Below, in pieces: positions 1 through 12,645 of a stretch of DNA of 64,000 nucleotides. The DNA is taken from assembly GCF_037042905.1 (NCBI RefSeq), contig NC_087263.1, positions 14,944,001-15,008,000 on the forward strand. The letters run 5' to 3'. This stretch comes from Lytechinus pictus. Its lineage: Eukaryota. The notes under the pieces are model-generated. The model had not been told where the DNA came from. It saw nothing but the letters and a program-made list of their open reading frames with translations, and did no database searches. Position 1 is the first letter of the stretch. Each line of letters begins with the position of its first letter. Made by a program: the position numbers and the translations under genes.

Positions 1-1081
1 ATCACACATATTTCTCTTTGATAAAACTTTCCAGGATGGCCCTCGCGAATTCCCAAATTCCCAGACATTATTCCATCAGATTAATTTTCTTTTACAGCCT
101 CTTGAAGTTTCAATCGAGCATTGTAAAGATGATCAGTGGTCAACACCTGAGTGGTCAATACGTGGGGATGTATTGGTCAGTTGGTCTGTATTGACCAATT
201 GATCGCTGCCTGGGTGGTCAATGCAATTGTGTTTTGGATCATACTGAAGCAGCGACAGCAAGAAAATAAGAAAATAACACTGCTCAAATGATGGGATGGT
301 AGGGTTAACAAATAATTGATTTATATGGCATCTTTTAATGAAATATAAAGGTAAGTAATAAACAGCATCCTCTGTAAGTCACTTGAAATTTCTGTTGTTA
401 TCGAATATAACAAACAAACAAACAACCTAGATGCCATAGGAAAAAAAAACCTACAAGCCGCTTTGCCACAACTTTAGCAGGTTCACAATAAACTTTGATA
501 ATTACTCATTAGTTAAAAACCATTATGATAAAGTTTTTTTTAAATATGTTTTTCATGGCTGTATGAATTGGCATAAAATAAGGAAGTTATAACGATTAAG
601 CTATCAAAAGAGGCCTTTCACAATCGATTGTGAAAACTATTTGCAACCGCAATATATTGTAACCAAAATGGTCACAAAAAATAACAAGACTTTTTGTGAA
701 CCCCCCCCCCCCCCCGTAGAAGCTGTATGACCACGACGCCGCTGCAACTATTCCGTCCCTCCATGCATGTATACAATGTCAAGCAAATGCGCACGCCATG
801 TACCGTTTTAGAAAATTCGCTCGATAAGGGCCCCTAAATTTTCTGCATGGCTGTTCAAGCACAAGAATTACATATCAATTAACGGGAGGCAAGGCGGACA
901 TATTGGCTTCTTGTGGCTTAGGGTGTAATGGTGCATTAATTCAGGCACAGGTGGGTTTACCTGCGTATTTACTTGTAAATGAGGCATGGCAGAGACTTGT
1001 TACTTGCACGGTATGATGAAAGGAAAAGTTACAATATATTTGCATCAGATGTTTTCATGGAAAATCCAGACAAACATTTAA

Positions 1082-1665
1082 AGGAGAATGAAACTCTTGG
1101 AGCAAGTTAGCTTTTGTGAAAGCAGAAAAATCAAAGAATAAGATCAACAAAAGTTTGAGTAAAATAGGACTAGCAATAGAAGAGTTATGAGCATTTGAAT
1201 GTCGAGATCACTAATGCTATGGAGATCCTCCCATTGGCAATGCGACCAAGATCTATGATGTCACAGATGAACAACTCTCCCCTTTTGGACACTGAAAATA
1301 TACCCCAAAACATCTCTTTTTGCTCATTCTAATCATATGACAAACGATTCATCAATGATATAATGTTGTGAAACCTCCGTACTTGTCCTCTCATAAAGAA
1401 AACACCTCACCTTGTGATAGACTCTATAAAAGTGAGAACATAAGTGAAATAAGTACTAAAGTAATGAGGGAGTTGTACGTGTGTGACATCGCAGATCTTG
1501 GTCGCATTGCCAATGGGAGGATCTACATGGCATTAGTGATCTCAATATTCAAATGCTCATAACTTTCTCATTATTCATTCAATCTTCCTCAAACTTTCAA
1601 CAATATGTTTGTTTGATTTTTCTCTTTGATATGGATTCAGCTGGTTTCAAGGGTTTCATTCTCCT
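1082..1665. mobile_element. 584-bp Kolobok-like MITE, copy 1
   Basis: TTAA|AGGAGAATGAAAC...GTTTCATTCTCCT|TTAA with long imperfect inverted arms. Near-identical copy at 29592-30175. Confidence 0.9.
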
Positions 1666-2159
1666 TTAATGAATATTCTGCACAACATTATATACCTGTG
1701 TTAACTTCAATGAGCACTGGAAACCTTACAACAAAAGATAATCTTATGCCATATTCAATTTGTGAACTGTACACGGAGCACAACCTATAGTTAAAAAAAA
1801 AAAAAATTTTGCATCAATATGACAATCTCTCATTCGATGGCAATGCATTGATTTACCAGAACTTGATTCTTTAAATCCTTTCTTCAACTAAGAGAACAGT
1901 TTGTCTCAACTATATACAAAAAAGTCAATTTATCACATTTTCTTTTTGCTTAGTATCTGCCGATTGACTGGTTTAAACTTTTAAAGACAATAAAAAGGCA
2001 CTTTAGTTTCAAGACGGTACATCAGGAGTTCGATAAAAGTGCAGAGTTGGGTTGCGGGTCAAGTTTCAAAGGAATTCCGGGAACCCCTGTGACGAGCCTC
2101 TTCAAAGAGAACAGAATGGGAAATTCTCGTGTGTAAATGACCCCTAATTAGAAAGCAGC

Positions 2160-2422
2160 TTGAATTGCAAGGAGTTAATAATTATGAATGACATACATGT
2201 ATGTTTCACTTCTCATGTTTTGCGCGTGAAACGCTGGTTTTAAAGGCAATAGTACCCCCACATCCAAAGCATCAGCCACAGTACTGAACTGCTCAAAAAG
2301 TTCCTAGTTGCTACCCAGAATGCACTTTGATTGTGTAGGTTTGAATTCCAGGAGTTAAAAAGATGAATGATATTCATGCATGTTTCACTTCTTATGTTAT
2401 GCACTTAAAAAGCCTGGTTTTA
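2160..2422. repeat. Diverged ~85-bp direct repeat
   Basis: ttgaatt.ca.ggagttaa...atgaatga.at.catg.atgtttcacttct.atgtt at ~2160 and ~2341. Confidence 0.8.
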
Positions 2423-5400
2423 TGCCATATCCACATTGCATAGGCACTGGTGGTAATGTTACACTAGCTTGATGTCTGAAGTGTTAAGAAAGTGTTAAGA
2501 AAGCACAAGCTTGTCTTTTAGCTAACACCAGACACCAGATGATATTTACACAACACCAGGACATCAGTGTTACAACAACACTGTTTTTATTCCAAAGTGG
2601 TGTTGTTTTAAACACTTCTCTGATGTTTTCCTTTATAGATCCCAGGCTATACTGTCAACAATTTAACACCAAGTCTTTTTTTTCCTGTGCACATGGGGCA
2701 GCATGTACAACTGAAGCTAAATCACGATTCTGTGTGATTCATAATCTCCTTTTACAGAAAATATATTTTCTTTAGCAATAGCTAGAAGGTAATAATAAAC
2801 CTCTTTTTTAATTATTATTCTCAGGACACCAATGTGATCAATTTTTCAGACTCTATTCTTTGAAGCTTGTCAATAAAATGGTAAGCAGTCTGTCATTTCA
2901 AAGAAAATTGTATATGGCAAATGTCTAAGTTTCTTTTATCACCAAAGAATAGTCATCTGTCTGTGGTTTTCAGGTACAAGATTTATGTATATTTTTCCTA
3001 TTCTCTGCAATTATTGTTCGGTAACAGTAGGCGTCATGATTCATTCTACTCCAATTATTATTTACTCTTGAATATTCTCAAATATATACAAAAAAATTAT
3101 TGCATGACTACTGAGAAGTGAGAACTAAGAACATTCAAGCTCTATTACCCTCATTCAATTAACTCTTCATAATGCTGTCTCAATGACATGATTTTCTGCT
3201 CAAACAAATGTCATGATGATACATCATTTTGTTTTTTCCTCTTTAACAACATAATTTCCACTTGAAAAAATGTCATTATTTCATATCATTATGTCGATCT
3301 TACATGTAGTTTGCAGCATTCTTCAGGAATCAAGAAGACATTTCAAAATGTATCAATTAAACAAGACGAATAGAAAGAATATTGATTTTCTTCTTGCTAT
3401 CAAATATTCCAGCTTCCTGGAAAATCAATAGGGATAAGGACTACAGCATTGAGACGCGGACATTAATGCATTATAGAGCCCTATTGTCCTTGTATCTTGC
3501 GCTTCCTGAAATGCATGCATGATTTGATATACCTATGGGGAAATTAAACAGACAAATCACCAAGGAAAAGAAGTCATTATTTGCATGGCAGAAGAAGATG
3601 ACGGGAAACATTAAAAAACTTTAGCGGAATGAAGCACAGCAGCAGAGTGGAACTATCAAGCAGGATTATTTACTTAGTTGATGACGTCGGAGAGCGATAT
3701 AAATATTTAGAAGCGAAAGCGTTTTGGAAGTCTTGTAAAGGCCCGAGAATATTGACCGAAGGATATTGGTGATCATCTGAAGTGTTATAATCCACAATAG
3801 CTATCTATTGATTGCTCCGGAAAAAAGTCAATAGTCCCATACATCAAGATCCATGTCGGCTGTACGAGCATAGATCCGGACACCAATAGTCCCATCTATT
3901 GTAATTTATGTAAGTGATGCCCAGACAATGCACGAGCGAAGGACAGAGGGTATTGATTGCATTGACAAGGGGGAAAGAATAAACCTTCGGATGGATGAAA
4001 GTTTAATGACGCACTGACCCCGTCATGTAATAAACATTACGCCTCCAATACGCTGGAATGCCTTGCACTTGTCTTTTAAATAGCGGAGTTTGCATCATCT
4101 TCAGCATTTCGGCAAATATGTGTATTGTCGTACTAGTAAATGAAATATTTTTATGTATGGTATTTCTTCTGGTCCTATTATTTATTTGATGTTTTCTCTT
4201 ATTTCTGTTGAGGGATAATCTTCAAGATAAAATGTTATTAAATAACTTTGAATCCTAACAAAATCTCATAATGTTTAAACATAAACAGGTATTCTCCTTA
4301 ATTACACTTGTTTAGAACTTTTTCATTCATTGCAATTGACGTGTTGATTAACATGAATTGACGTATGACACAGGGCATTTCTTCATATTGCCCCCTTTAA
4401 AATAACTTTACAGAATCCTCCAAAGAAATAAATACAAGCATACATAAAAGAAATATATATTCATAAAAGAAGAAATTCCTGCCATTTCTTCAAGCCTACG
4501 GCATATTTTCCTGAAATCTGTTCAGTATTTTGAAACCATCCTTCATGATCAGTATCTGATTCTTTAAATTGGCATCATGAATACCGATGCACTATGTTAC
4601 CCCCCTCCAGCCATGCTTTACGAGCCGAGCATAAAATCAATCTATGTCAAACTTGCAAGCAGGAATCATTAATCTCTTCGATAAGCTGGTAGTTTGAGAT
4701 CAGATTTTTTAATTCATTTATATTTTCACCCCCACAACTCACCATTGTGGTCTTGACAATACCACATTCATAATTTGCCAAAACTCTACAATCTCAACAG
4801 AAATTGAGAAACAGTTAACGGTAATTAATTATCCTAAATACAAATGTGTTGATTATCCCCTTCCCTCCCCATCGAAAGCCTTCTAATCACACAATGGCCC
4901 GCACAAGTGTAAAGAACCACACTTGTTCTGTTAAAAACAGTTATTTTTTTCTCAATTATACGGCCTACTCCAATGCAATGTACAGATAAAAGGAACCCAT
5001 ACCCCAATAGAGTATAAAAGAGTACATTAATCATCTCCTCTGTCAAATAAAATAGGACCAAATAAAATAGGTCTTGATGTAGAAGGGTTATGATACGCCA
5101 TGATGGGGCTCTGGGCTGCATCCCCCCCCCCTGAAATGCCCTCAAGATTCCTGGAAAACTAAAAAAAGAGCCCTTGAAATTCCCAAAGAGTTTCCACAGG
5201 TTCTGAAAAGGGACCTACTCAAACTTGATTTCTGTCTTATCAATTACTGTCTTCAATAGGGTAAAGAATGTCACTACAACAAAAGAATTCTCCATTGCTC
5301 ATCTTTATTTTTTGTATGTGATGCAGAGAGTTTCATAAATAATTTGTCCAGAAAGAACACATTTTCATTCATCTTTAAAAAAAGAAGCTATATCTTATGT

Positions 5401-6020
5401 GATATAAGCTAACACTAGGCCCATATATTGATATTTCATATCAATGGCAAAGTGAATATTCACATGTTTTATAATATTAATGTGCATATAAAGATCCAAT
5501 TAATTTCTTTGTGGCTGATAGTCCCTTTGAAATTATAATGCAGAAGGTTCAAATACGTTCATCTTGTAAAGCAAATTGGATTATATTTTACCAAGTGAGA
5601 AATCAAGAAGACCACTCAGCATTGCCTGAAAGATTGCCAATTTGATGTCAGTTCACTTTCCAAGGATTACAAATTAACCCTCCGAATGCCGTGCAAGGAT
5701 GAATGGTATGTCAATGTGTATTGAAGTGGACATGGAGGTATGCGAATGGGGAAAGCATGTTTGGTTGAGGAAAGAGCAGGGCGAAATGATTAGGTAGTGT
5801 GAAGAGATGTATAGATACTCTGGTTGGTATTAAATCAGTCAGGACGTTTGTTAGGATCATTGTATCATCAAGCATCATGTGTTAGTGGTGGTGAAGGGAT
5901 AGAAGATGTGAGAGAGAGAGACAGAGAAAGACAGAGAAAGAGAGAGAGAGAAAGAGAAATTCTTGATAAATGCTTGAATAGATGAGATGGAGAGAGTGCA
6001 AAGTAAAGAGGAGAGAGAGG

Positions 6021-6176
6021 TTGTCTGCAGTGCAAACACTTCGCTCGAGTTAAGGGTCTGAATGTGCAGCCTACTAAATGCCTTGTGTACTGGAACAGCA
6101 AGTTTTGTATGTGCTAGTCTTTGTGTGGAGACCCACTTGTTGATCAAAGTTTCAATCAGGGTCTGTGCTGCAGATG
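6021..6176. mobile_element. Short MITE family (TAGTCTGC...GCAGACTA), degenerate copy 1
   Basis: Shares the core gagttaagggtctgaatgtgcagcctac...ttgatcaaagtttcaatcagggtctg with 22289-22467. Flanks agagagagg/agagagggg. Confidence 0.75.
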
Positions 6177-7305
6177 AGAGAGGGGCGAGAGAGGAGGGGG
6201 CAGGAGAGATGGGAGTAAGAGGGGAGAGGGGTGGGCTAGAGAAGAGAGAGAAGGGTAAGAAGGATAAAGGGATATAGATTACACAAGAGAAATAACATGA
6301 CAGAGAGATGAAAAGGGTACAAACTTTATAAAGACTGAAAAAAGAAGCAAAACTCAGTTGTAAAAAAACAAATAATCTGCTTATAACGTGACAAAGATAA
6401 AGAGAGCTAAAAAAATATAAGAGAAAGCACAATATTTTAGAGCAAGACTGGGAGTGAGAGATAGAGAGTGAGAGAGAAATAGATATAGCTAGGAAATTTA
6501 GCTAACCACATCAAAGCTTGTTTACGGTTTTGGTAAATTGCAATATCAAAACAATATTGATATCCTTCTCAAAATCATCTAAGCTTGACAAAAACAAATA
6601 ATGAATTTCAATCCATAAACATGAGCTAAATGTGCCTTAATAGTATCATTAACTCAAATATTTGTGGAATGCTAATTCCTGATGCAATAAGCGTATATTT
6701 CCTTCAAACTATTTTTTTTCTCCAAAAATAACCTATATTTGCACACTTTAACCTATTATTGAGATATAACACCTTTTTAAATAACACACTTATGTAAATA
6801 AAATGAAATTATGCGGACTAATCACCCATGAACGAAGTATGAAAGTAAATATTTCCTACTGCATTTTCAAGCACATCTGTATACAAAACACATTCCTTTT
6901 CTATTATCTATTCTGTGAAATATATGCCTAAAACATACATTGTCTACTGCACAATTTTTTTTTCAAATCGTTTAAAGAAATGAGGCCTGCTTTAATAACT
7001 TTTAGTGTAATTTTCCAATAAAAAAATGCAGTTGAATATAAAATCAATAATTAAGATCAAAGGTCAATTCACATCACAATGCGTTTAAAAAAGAATATAA
7101 TGTTCCTTTTGCAATTATCCTCTTGTATGAAAGAGGCTTTGGCTGCGACTCCCTAGCAACCCATCAGTTCTTTCCATTGTTTTAATGCCGATCAATAATT
7201 TGGAAATACACGAGCATAACAATGATCACCTTCAAATGTGATTGCGTATCAAGCAGCGTCCTTGTATCCATGTTTTGATCCATTTCATCCCAATTGACGG
7301 GATTA

Positions 7306-10089
7306 TAGTCCAGGATAGAAGGGGTCGAACCTTGTTTTTTTATATATACAATGTTTTTTTATGGTTTCTTGTCAATTTGAGGGTGCTGATTCCGAATCTG
7401 GATGATGCCACTCGTGTAACCTTGAGCATTTTCTGCAAATTGGCAAAATCCAATATGGCCGCCAAAATATTCAAATTACCCATGAAAATCATAAAATTGT
7501 CCACACATTGGCTTTAAAGTACATGCAATTGTGCTGCCGGAGTGAAATAATATCTGAAAAATGATTTTTGTCTAAATATTTATTTTCTTGATATCAAAAT
7601 GGCCGCCATCATAGACCCCTGTACAATATGAATGGGGAAAATTAATTTTTACAAAATTGAGCACTGAAATGCAAGTAATTATGATCTATGAGTGAAGCAA
7701 TGTATGTAAACATGATTGCTAACGATATATATCATTTGTTATGTCAGTTATGTGATAAATCCTGTATTTTGATATTCAAAATGGCCTTCAAAAGCCCTAA
7801 CACTATTATGTACAATGTGAATAGTGACACAACAAAATCACAAGAGTGAGCACTAAAATGCATTTTGTTGAGATAAACGAGTGGAATACTGACTAAAAAC
7901 ATTATTGTTAACGAAATTTATTATTTAACATGCCATGTATGTGATAAACCCTGCATTTTGATATTTAATATGACCGCCAAAGGCCCTAAAATTATGATCT
8001 ACGATGTGAGAGAGGACAAAAACAATCACAAGGTGAGCACTAAAACGTATTTTTTTGTGGTAAATTAGTGGAAAACTGTCTTCAAATATAATTTGCAACG
8101 AAATATATTATTCGGGTTTCATATTTGTGTTAAATATTGTATTTTGACTTTCAAAATGGCCGCCAAAAGACATTGACTGTATTATGTACAATCGATCTGG
8201 GAAACCAATTTTCACATGAGTCAGCACCATAACATGCATATAATTGTGATTTAAGAGTAAAATATTGTCTGAAAACATAATTCCTAACAAGATATATCAT
8301 TCATTCTGCCAGGTAGGTGATAAATAATGTATTTTGAAAGTCAAAATGGCCGCTACAGGCCCTAATGGTAGGCCTATTAAGTACTTTGTGAATGGGAACA
8401 TATAATTTTAACAGAATTTGGCTTTGCTTGACTAAATGGTGTTGCATGTATGAGTGAAATATCGTCTGAAAATATGATTTTGTAACCAAATAGATCATTT
8501 CTTATGTTATTTAGGTGATAAATGCTATATTTAAATTTCAAAATGGCTGCAATATGTTTCATTGTGGAAATTATCTTTCCCCATTCAAATTTTACATATT
8601 AAGATAAGGGACTATGGCGGCCATTTTTCATTTTTAAAAGGCTGCATTCATCACCTTTATGACACAAACTATGATATATTTCGTTAGAAATCATTGGGTT
8701 TAGACAATACTTAAGACTTACATCAAAATTAAGCCATTTTCATAGTAAAAATTTTGTCAAAATCATCTGTCCCCAGTTACAATGTACATATTACTTTGGG
8801 CTATGGCAGCAATTTTGAATTTCAAAGTAAGGCCTTTATTACCTTCTCAACCATTATGTGGTGTATTTAGTCAGAAATCATGTTCAAGACCAAATTTTAC
8901 CTATACATCACATAGTTACGTGCGTTTTTGGTTCTCATTCTGGTGATGATTAGTTTCCCTATACGCATGTTACATAATTTTGTAGGGGCTTGTGCGGCCG
9001 TTTTGAAAGTCAAAATACAGTATTTATCACCTATGGGAGAGGAAATGTTATATTTCATTTAAAAAATCACGTTTTCAAACAATATTTTCCTTATACAACA
9101 TAATTATATGGATTTCATAGTCAGGCAAATCCTAATTCTTTCAAAAGTATTTGTCCCCATTTACATTGTAGATAATACTGTAAGGGCCCATAGGGGCCAT
9201 TTTGAATTTTACAATACAGCATTTATCTCATGCATGAAAAATGAAATGATATGTTTCGCCAGAAATCATGTGTTTAGACAATATTTCACTCGTATAGATT
9301 ACAATTACATTAATTTTATTGTTTTTACTCTTGTGAAAATTAGTTTCTTCATTCGCTTTGTTCATAATACAGATAGGGCCAATGGCAGCCATTTTGAATG
9401 TCAACATGCAGCATAATTACCGAAATTGCAAGGGAAATGTTATGTTTCGTTAGAAATCCTTGTTGTCAGACAGTGTTACACCAATATTTCGCAGTTATTG
9501 GCATTTTAAAGTCAAACAAATTCAAAGGTTGTGAAAATTATTTGTCCCCTTTTATATATTGTACACAGTATAAGGGGTCTATGACAGCCATTTTGAATAT
9601 CATAATACAGCATTTATCACATTAGATAGTATACAAATGACATAGTTTTGTTAATAGTCATGTTTTCAGACAGTAGTCCACTCGCAGGTCACAATCACAT
9701 GCAATAATAGTGCTCTTGTTTGAAAAAATATTTTCCCCATTCATATTCTACATAATAAAGTATACAGGGGTTATGGCGGCCATTTTGAATATCAATAAAA
9801 TAAATATTTTGTCAAATATCGCTTTTCCAATTGGTATTTCACTTCTGCACAACAACTACATGCATTTTATAGCTAATGTGTTGGCAATTTTATGATTTTC
9901 ATGGGTAATTTGCATATTTTGGCGGCCATATTGGATTTTGCCAATTTGCGGAAAATGCTCAAGGTTACAAGAGTGGCATCATTCAGATTCGGAATCAGCA
10001 CCCTCGAATTGACAAGAAACCATAAAAAAACATTGTATATCTAAAAAAACAAGGTTCGACCCCTTGTCTATGGGGCCTATCCTGGACTA
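7306..10089. mobile_element. 2.8-kb foldback non-autonomous DNA transposon, Academ-like
   Basis: Termini TAGTCCAGGATAG...CTATCCTGGACTA flanked by a 3-bp TTA duplication (7303-7305, 10090-10092). The outer ~250 bp are close reverse complements. Internal ~190-bp subunits flip orientation near 8580. Confidence 0.85.
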
Positions 10090-11722
10090 TTATACATTAT
10101 TGAAACATTCACTATACCGCAATTAAATATTACATGCAAATCACTCATGAAGAAAAATGTAATTACTTTCACCTGAAGAGTGGTATCAATATGTAGGGGT
10201 AGAAAGGGGGATGACCGTTAAACGATTACAGCAAAGAATTTTTTGAAAGAGGAAAGGTGAATTGCAGAAGATGGAATATACAAACAAAATCATAATCAAT
10301 GTGCCTTATATTTTTAATTGATTTTCAGTAATTCAAATTCAACCTGAAGCCCATGTCGTTGTAAGTCTGGTTTTCCTCAGAAAACCTATAATCTACAAAA
10401 GTTTTCTTTCACATAGTTTGGGCTTCTATACTGTTTTTCAGCTTCAGTAGCAAGATCTACATCATTATTACTCCATACCAAACATATTTTCTCCATAGAA
10501 ATCCTAACATGAAACAGAGCAACCCAGTCCCGGATTCTCCTATAGACCAGCGAAATACCTACAATCCATACAAGATTATGGAGTATATTTCAGAGATATT
10601 CTTTTACAACTAAGGATATCCAACAAAGCGGTTGATTCAGAAAAAAACATTACTTTTATGTCATCCTATTAAAGATAATTCTCAGCTAATATGTTGGCTT
10701 TAAATAGTTTTCATTGACTTCACTTTAAAGTGAAAGTGTTTCCATGAAGTTGTTAACCAAAGAGATTACTAAAGGCATCCCTAATGGAACCAATACATAT
10801 TTTTTCATGCTTACAATTCTTAAAACCAAAAACATTACCCCAGGTAGTCCTCAAAGGCCCAACACATTTTCCTTCCCCAAAAAGTTGTTTTCCTTAATGT
10901 CCCAAAACATCTTTTAATCAATTATCTATTCAATTTTCTGTCTGAGGCAAATGAGGTTACAAAGATGAGACCGTTGTCTAGTAAAATGATTTGATTTATA
11001 TGTCTAAGCAATAAGTTGCATTTTCTGGTTTTGTGAGAAGTTAATGATGCAAGGTTGATTTATAATTAATGAGAAGGAAAACAAACATGTTGATACATAT
11101 TGTTCATCCTTGCCTAATTGAAGGATGTTTTTTGTTTTGTTTTTCTCTTACAAGTCAAATCTTTCAAATTCGTTTTCCTGAAAAACATGTTACATTGCTA
11201 CATTTTCAGGTAAACTTTTGATTTTAAAAAGAGTTCTTACAATATAATATATCACATTATGAATCAAACAACCCAGACATATGACCTTTTAAACCCTTGT
11301 CAGTTAATAAGATTAGTGTTCACACCTTTGTTTCGAATATTTGAACTAAAACCCTTTTGAAATTCCTTTTCTACTAAATTAAAGCAATGTTACAATTCTA
11401 TGTTTTCAGATTTAGTTGTTTAGGATCTTGCAACAAAGTTCTGTTAGACCTATGTAACAAAGGGAGGGAGTTGCCCCCCCCCCCCCCTTGGTGACCTTCA
11501 TGTTACCCTCATTCAAAAGATGTTTACGTTTTTTATCTTGCCCTTTGGGGTTCGCCTCCTTTAAATGGTTTTCCATTCAACTTTAAATATTTAATACTGA
11601 GAGATTATGGTGACTATTGATGGGTAGAATGGTATCGTCTCTGACCTTCGAGTTCAAGGTGAGATTGCCCATTTCCAAGGAGATTACATTCAGTTTTAGA
11701 GATATCTGGCATTGATCCAATC

Positions 11723-12124
11723 GGTTTATTTCCAATTCGTCTAATGCCAATTCGTCCTATTGCCAACTCGTCTAATACCATTTGGTCTACCATCAGTTCG
11801 TCCACTCACCACATCGTATACTTTCATTTAGTCTAATGCCATTCGATCTAATAACCACTTGGTCCAATAGCCATTTAGTTCATATACCATTTGGTCTAAT
11901 TAAACTTAAGTGTGAATTGTGCAAAATGAATGAAAAGAAATTGGCTATTATACCAACTGGTTATTAGACAAAATGGTAATAGATGAAATGGTGATTAGAC
12001 AAAGTGATGATTAGGCCAAATGGTTGTTAGACGAAATGTTGATGGACGGAATGGCATTAGACTAAATGAAGGTAGACCATGTGGTGAGTGGACGAGTTGG
12101 CAGTGGACGAATTGGCAATTTACC
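11723..12124. mobile_element. ~400-bp MITE with subterminal short repeats
   Basis: TIR GGTTTATTTCCAATTCGTC / GACGAATTGGCAATTTACC (16/19) with ATC on both flanks. Many ccaattcgtcta-like units on the left, reversed on the right. Confidence 0.8.
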
Positions 12125-12582
12125 ATCAAATCTGGTGTCCGGGAAGATATTGATAAATAAAGATCAGGGTTGGTCTTGACAGGGGGGGGGGGGGGGTGTA
12201 AGCTAAGTTAATGCAGAAAACATATATCATCTAGCATTTTGAGGCCTGATTTACAATTCTCATAAATTCATGGATATTTCCACGATGGATTTGGTCTGAA
12301 ATCACCTGATAAAAAAAACTAAACAATGGTATGGTGTGAGTCACTGGACATAAATTTGTAAAAAAAAAATTTGAGAAATTATGTCTGACAATATCATTGA
12401 GCTCCTTTATAGATAATCGGTGATAAGCACAATCTGATTAAATGCATTTACAGAAAAATCCAAGGGCAAATGTGCTTTACATCTAACAAAAGGTATTGAC
12501 CCTTGCCCTCATCCCAAATCGTCTAGACTCTATATTTCAAATGTATTTGTTTTTTTTTCTATTTTAATTTTCTCATTCTTAC

Positions 12583-12645
12583 CATGGTATCCTCGTTAAG
12601 AGGAAGCTCTTCGAAGGAGATCTCCATTTTTTCTTCCGATGGCAT
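12583..12645 (-). CDS. Candidate alternative first or cassette exon (MPSEEKMEISFEELPLNEDTM), possibly of NAV
   Basis: ATG-initiated 21 codons ending ATG|gtaaga in phase 0, with an in-frame stop upstream. The ATG is preceded by CAG, so it could instead be a 63-nt cassette exon. Confidence 0.4.

Noticed and set aside
1368..1562. Duplicated 64-aa ORF (also 29878-30072)
   Set aside because: GTG-initiated and inside a palindromic MITE, with no transposase features.
5875..6432. Repeated peptide QTLIETLINK...QRLAHTKL suggesting duplicated exons
   Set aside because: The similarity is at DNA level, bounded by TIRs, with indels and a stop in copy 3, so it is a MITE.
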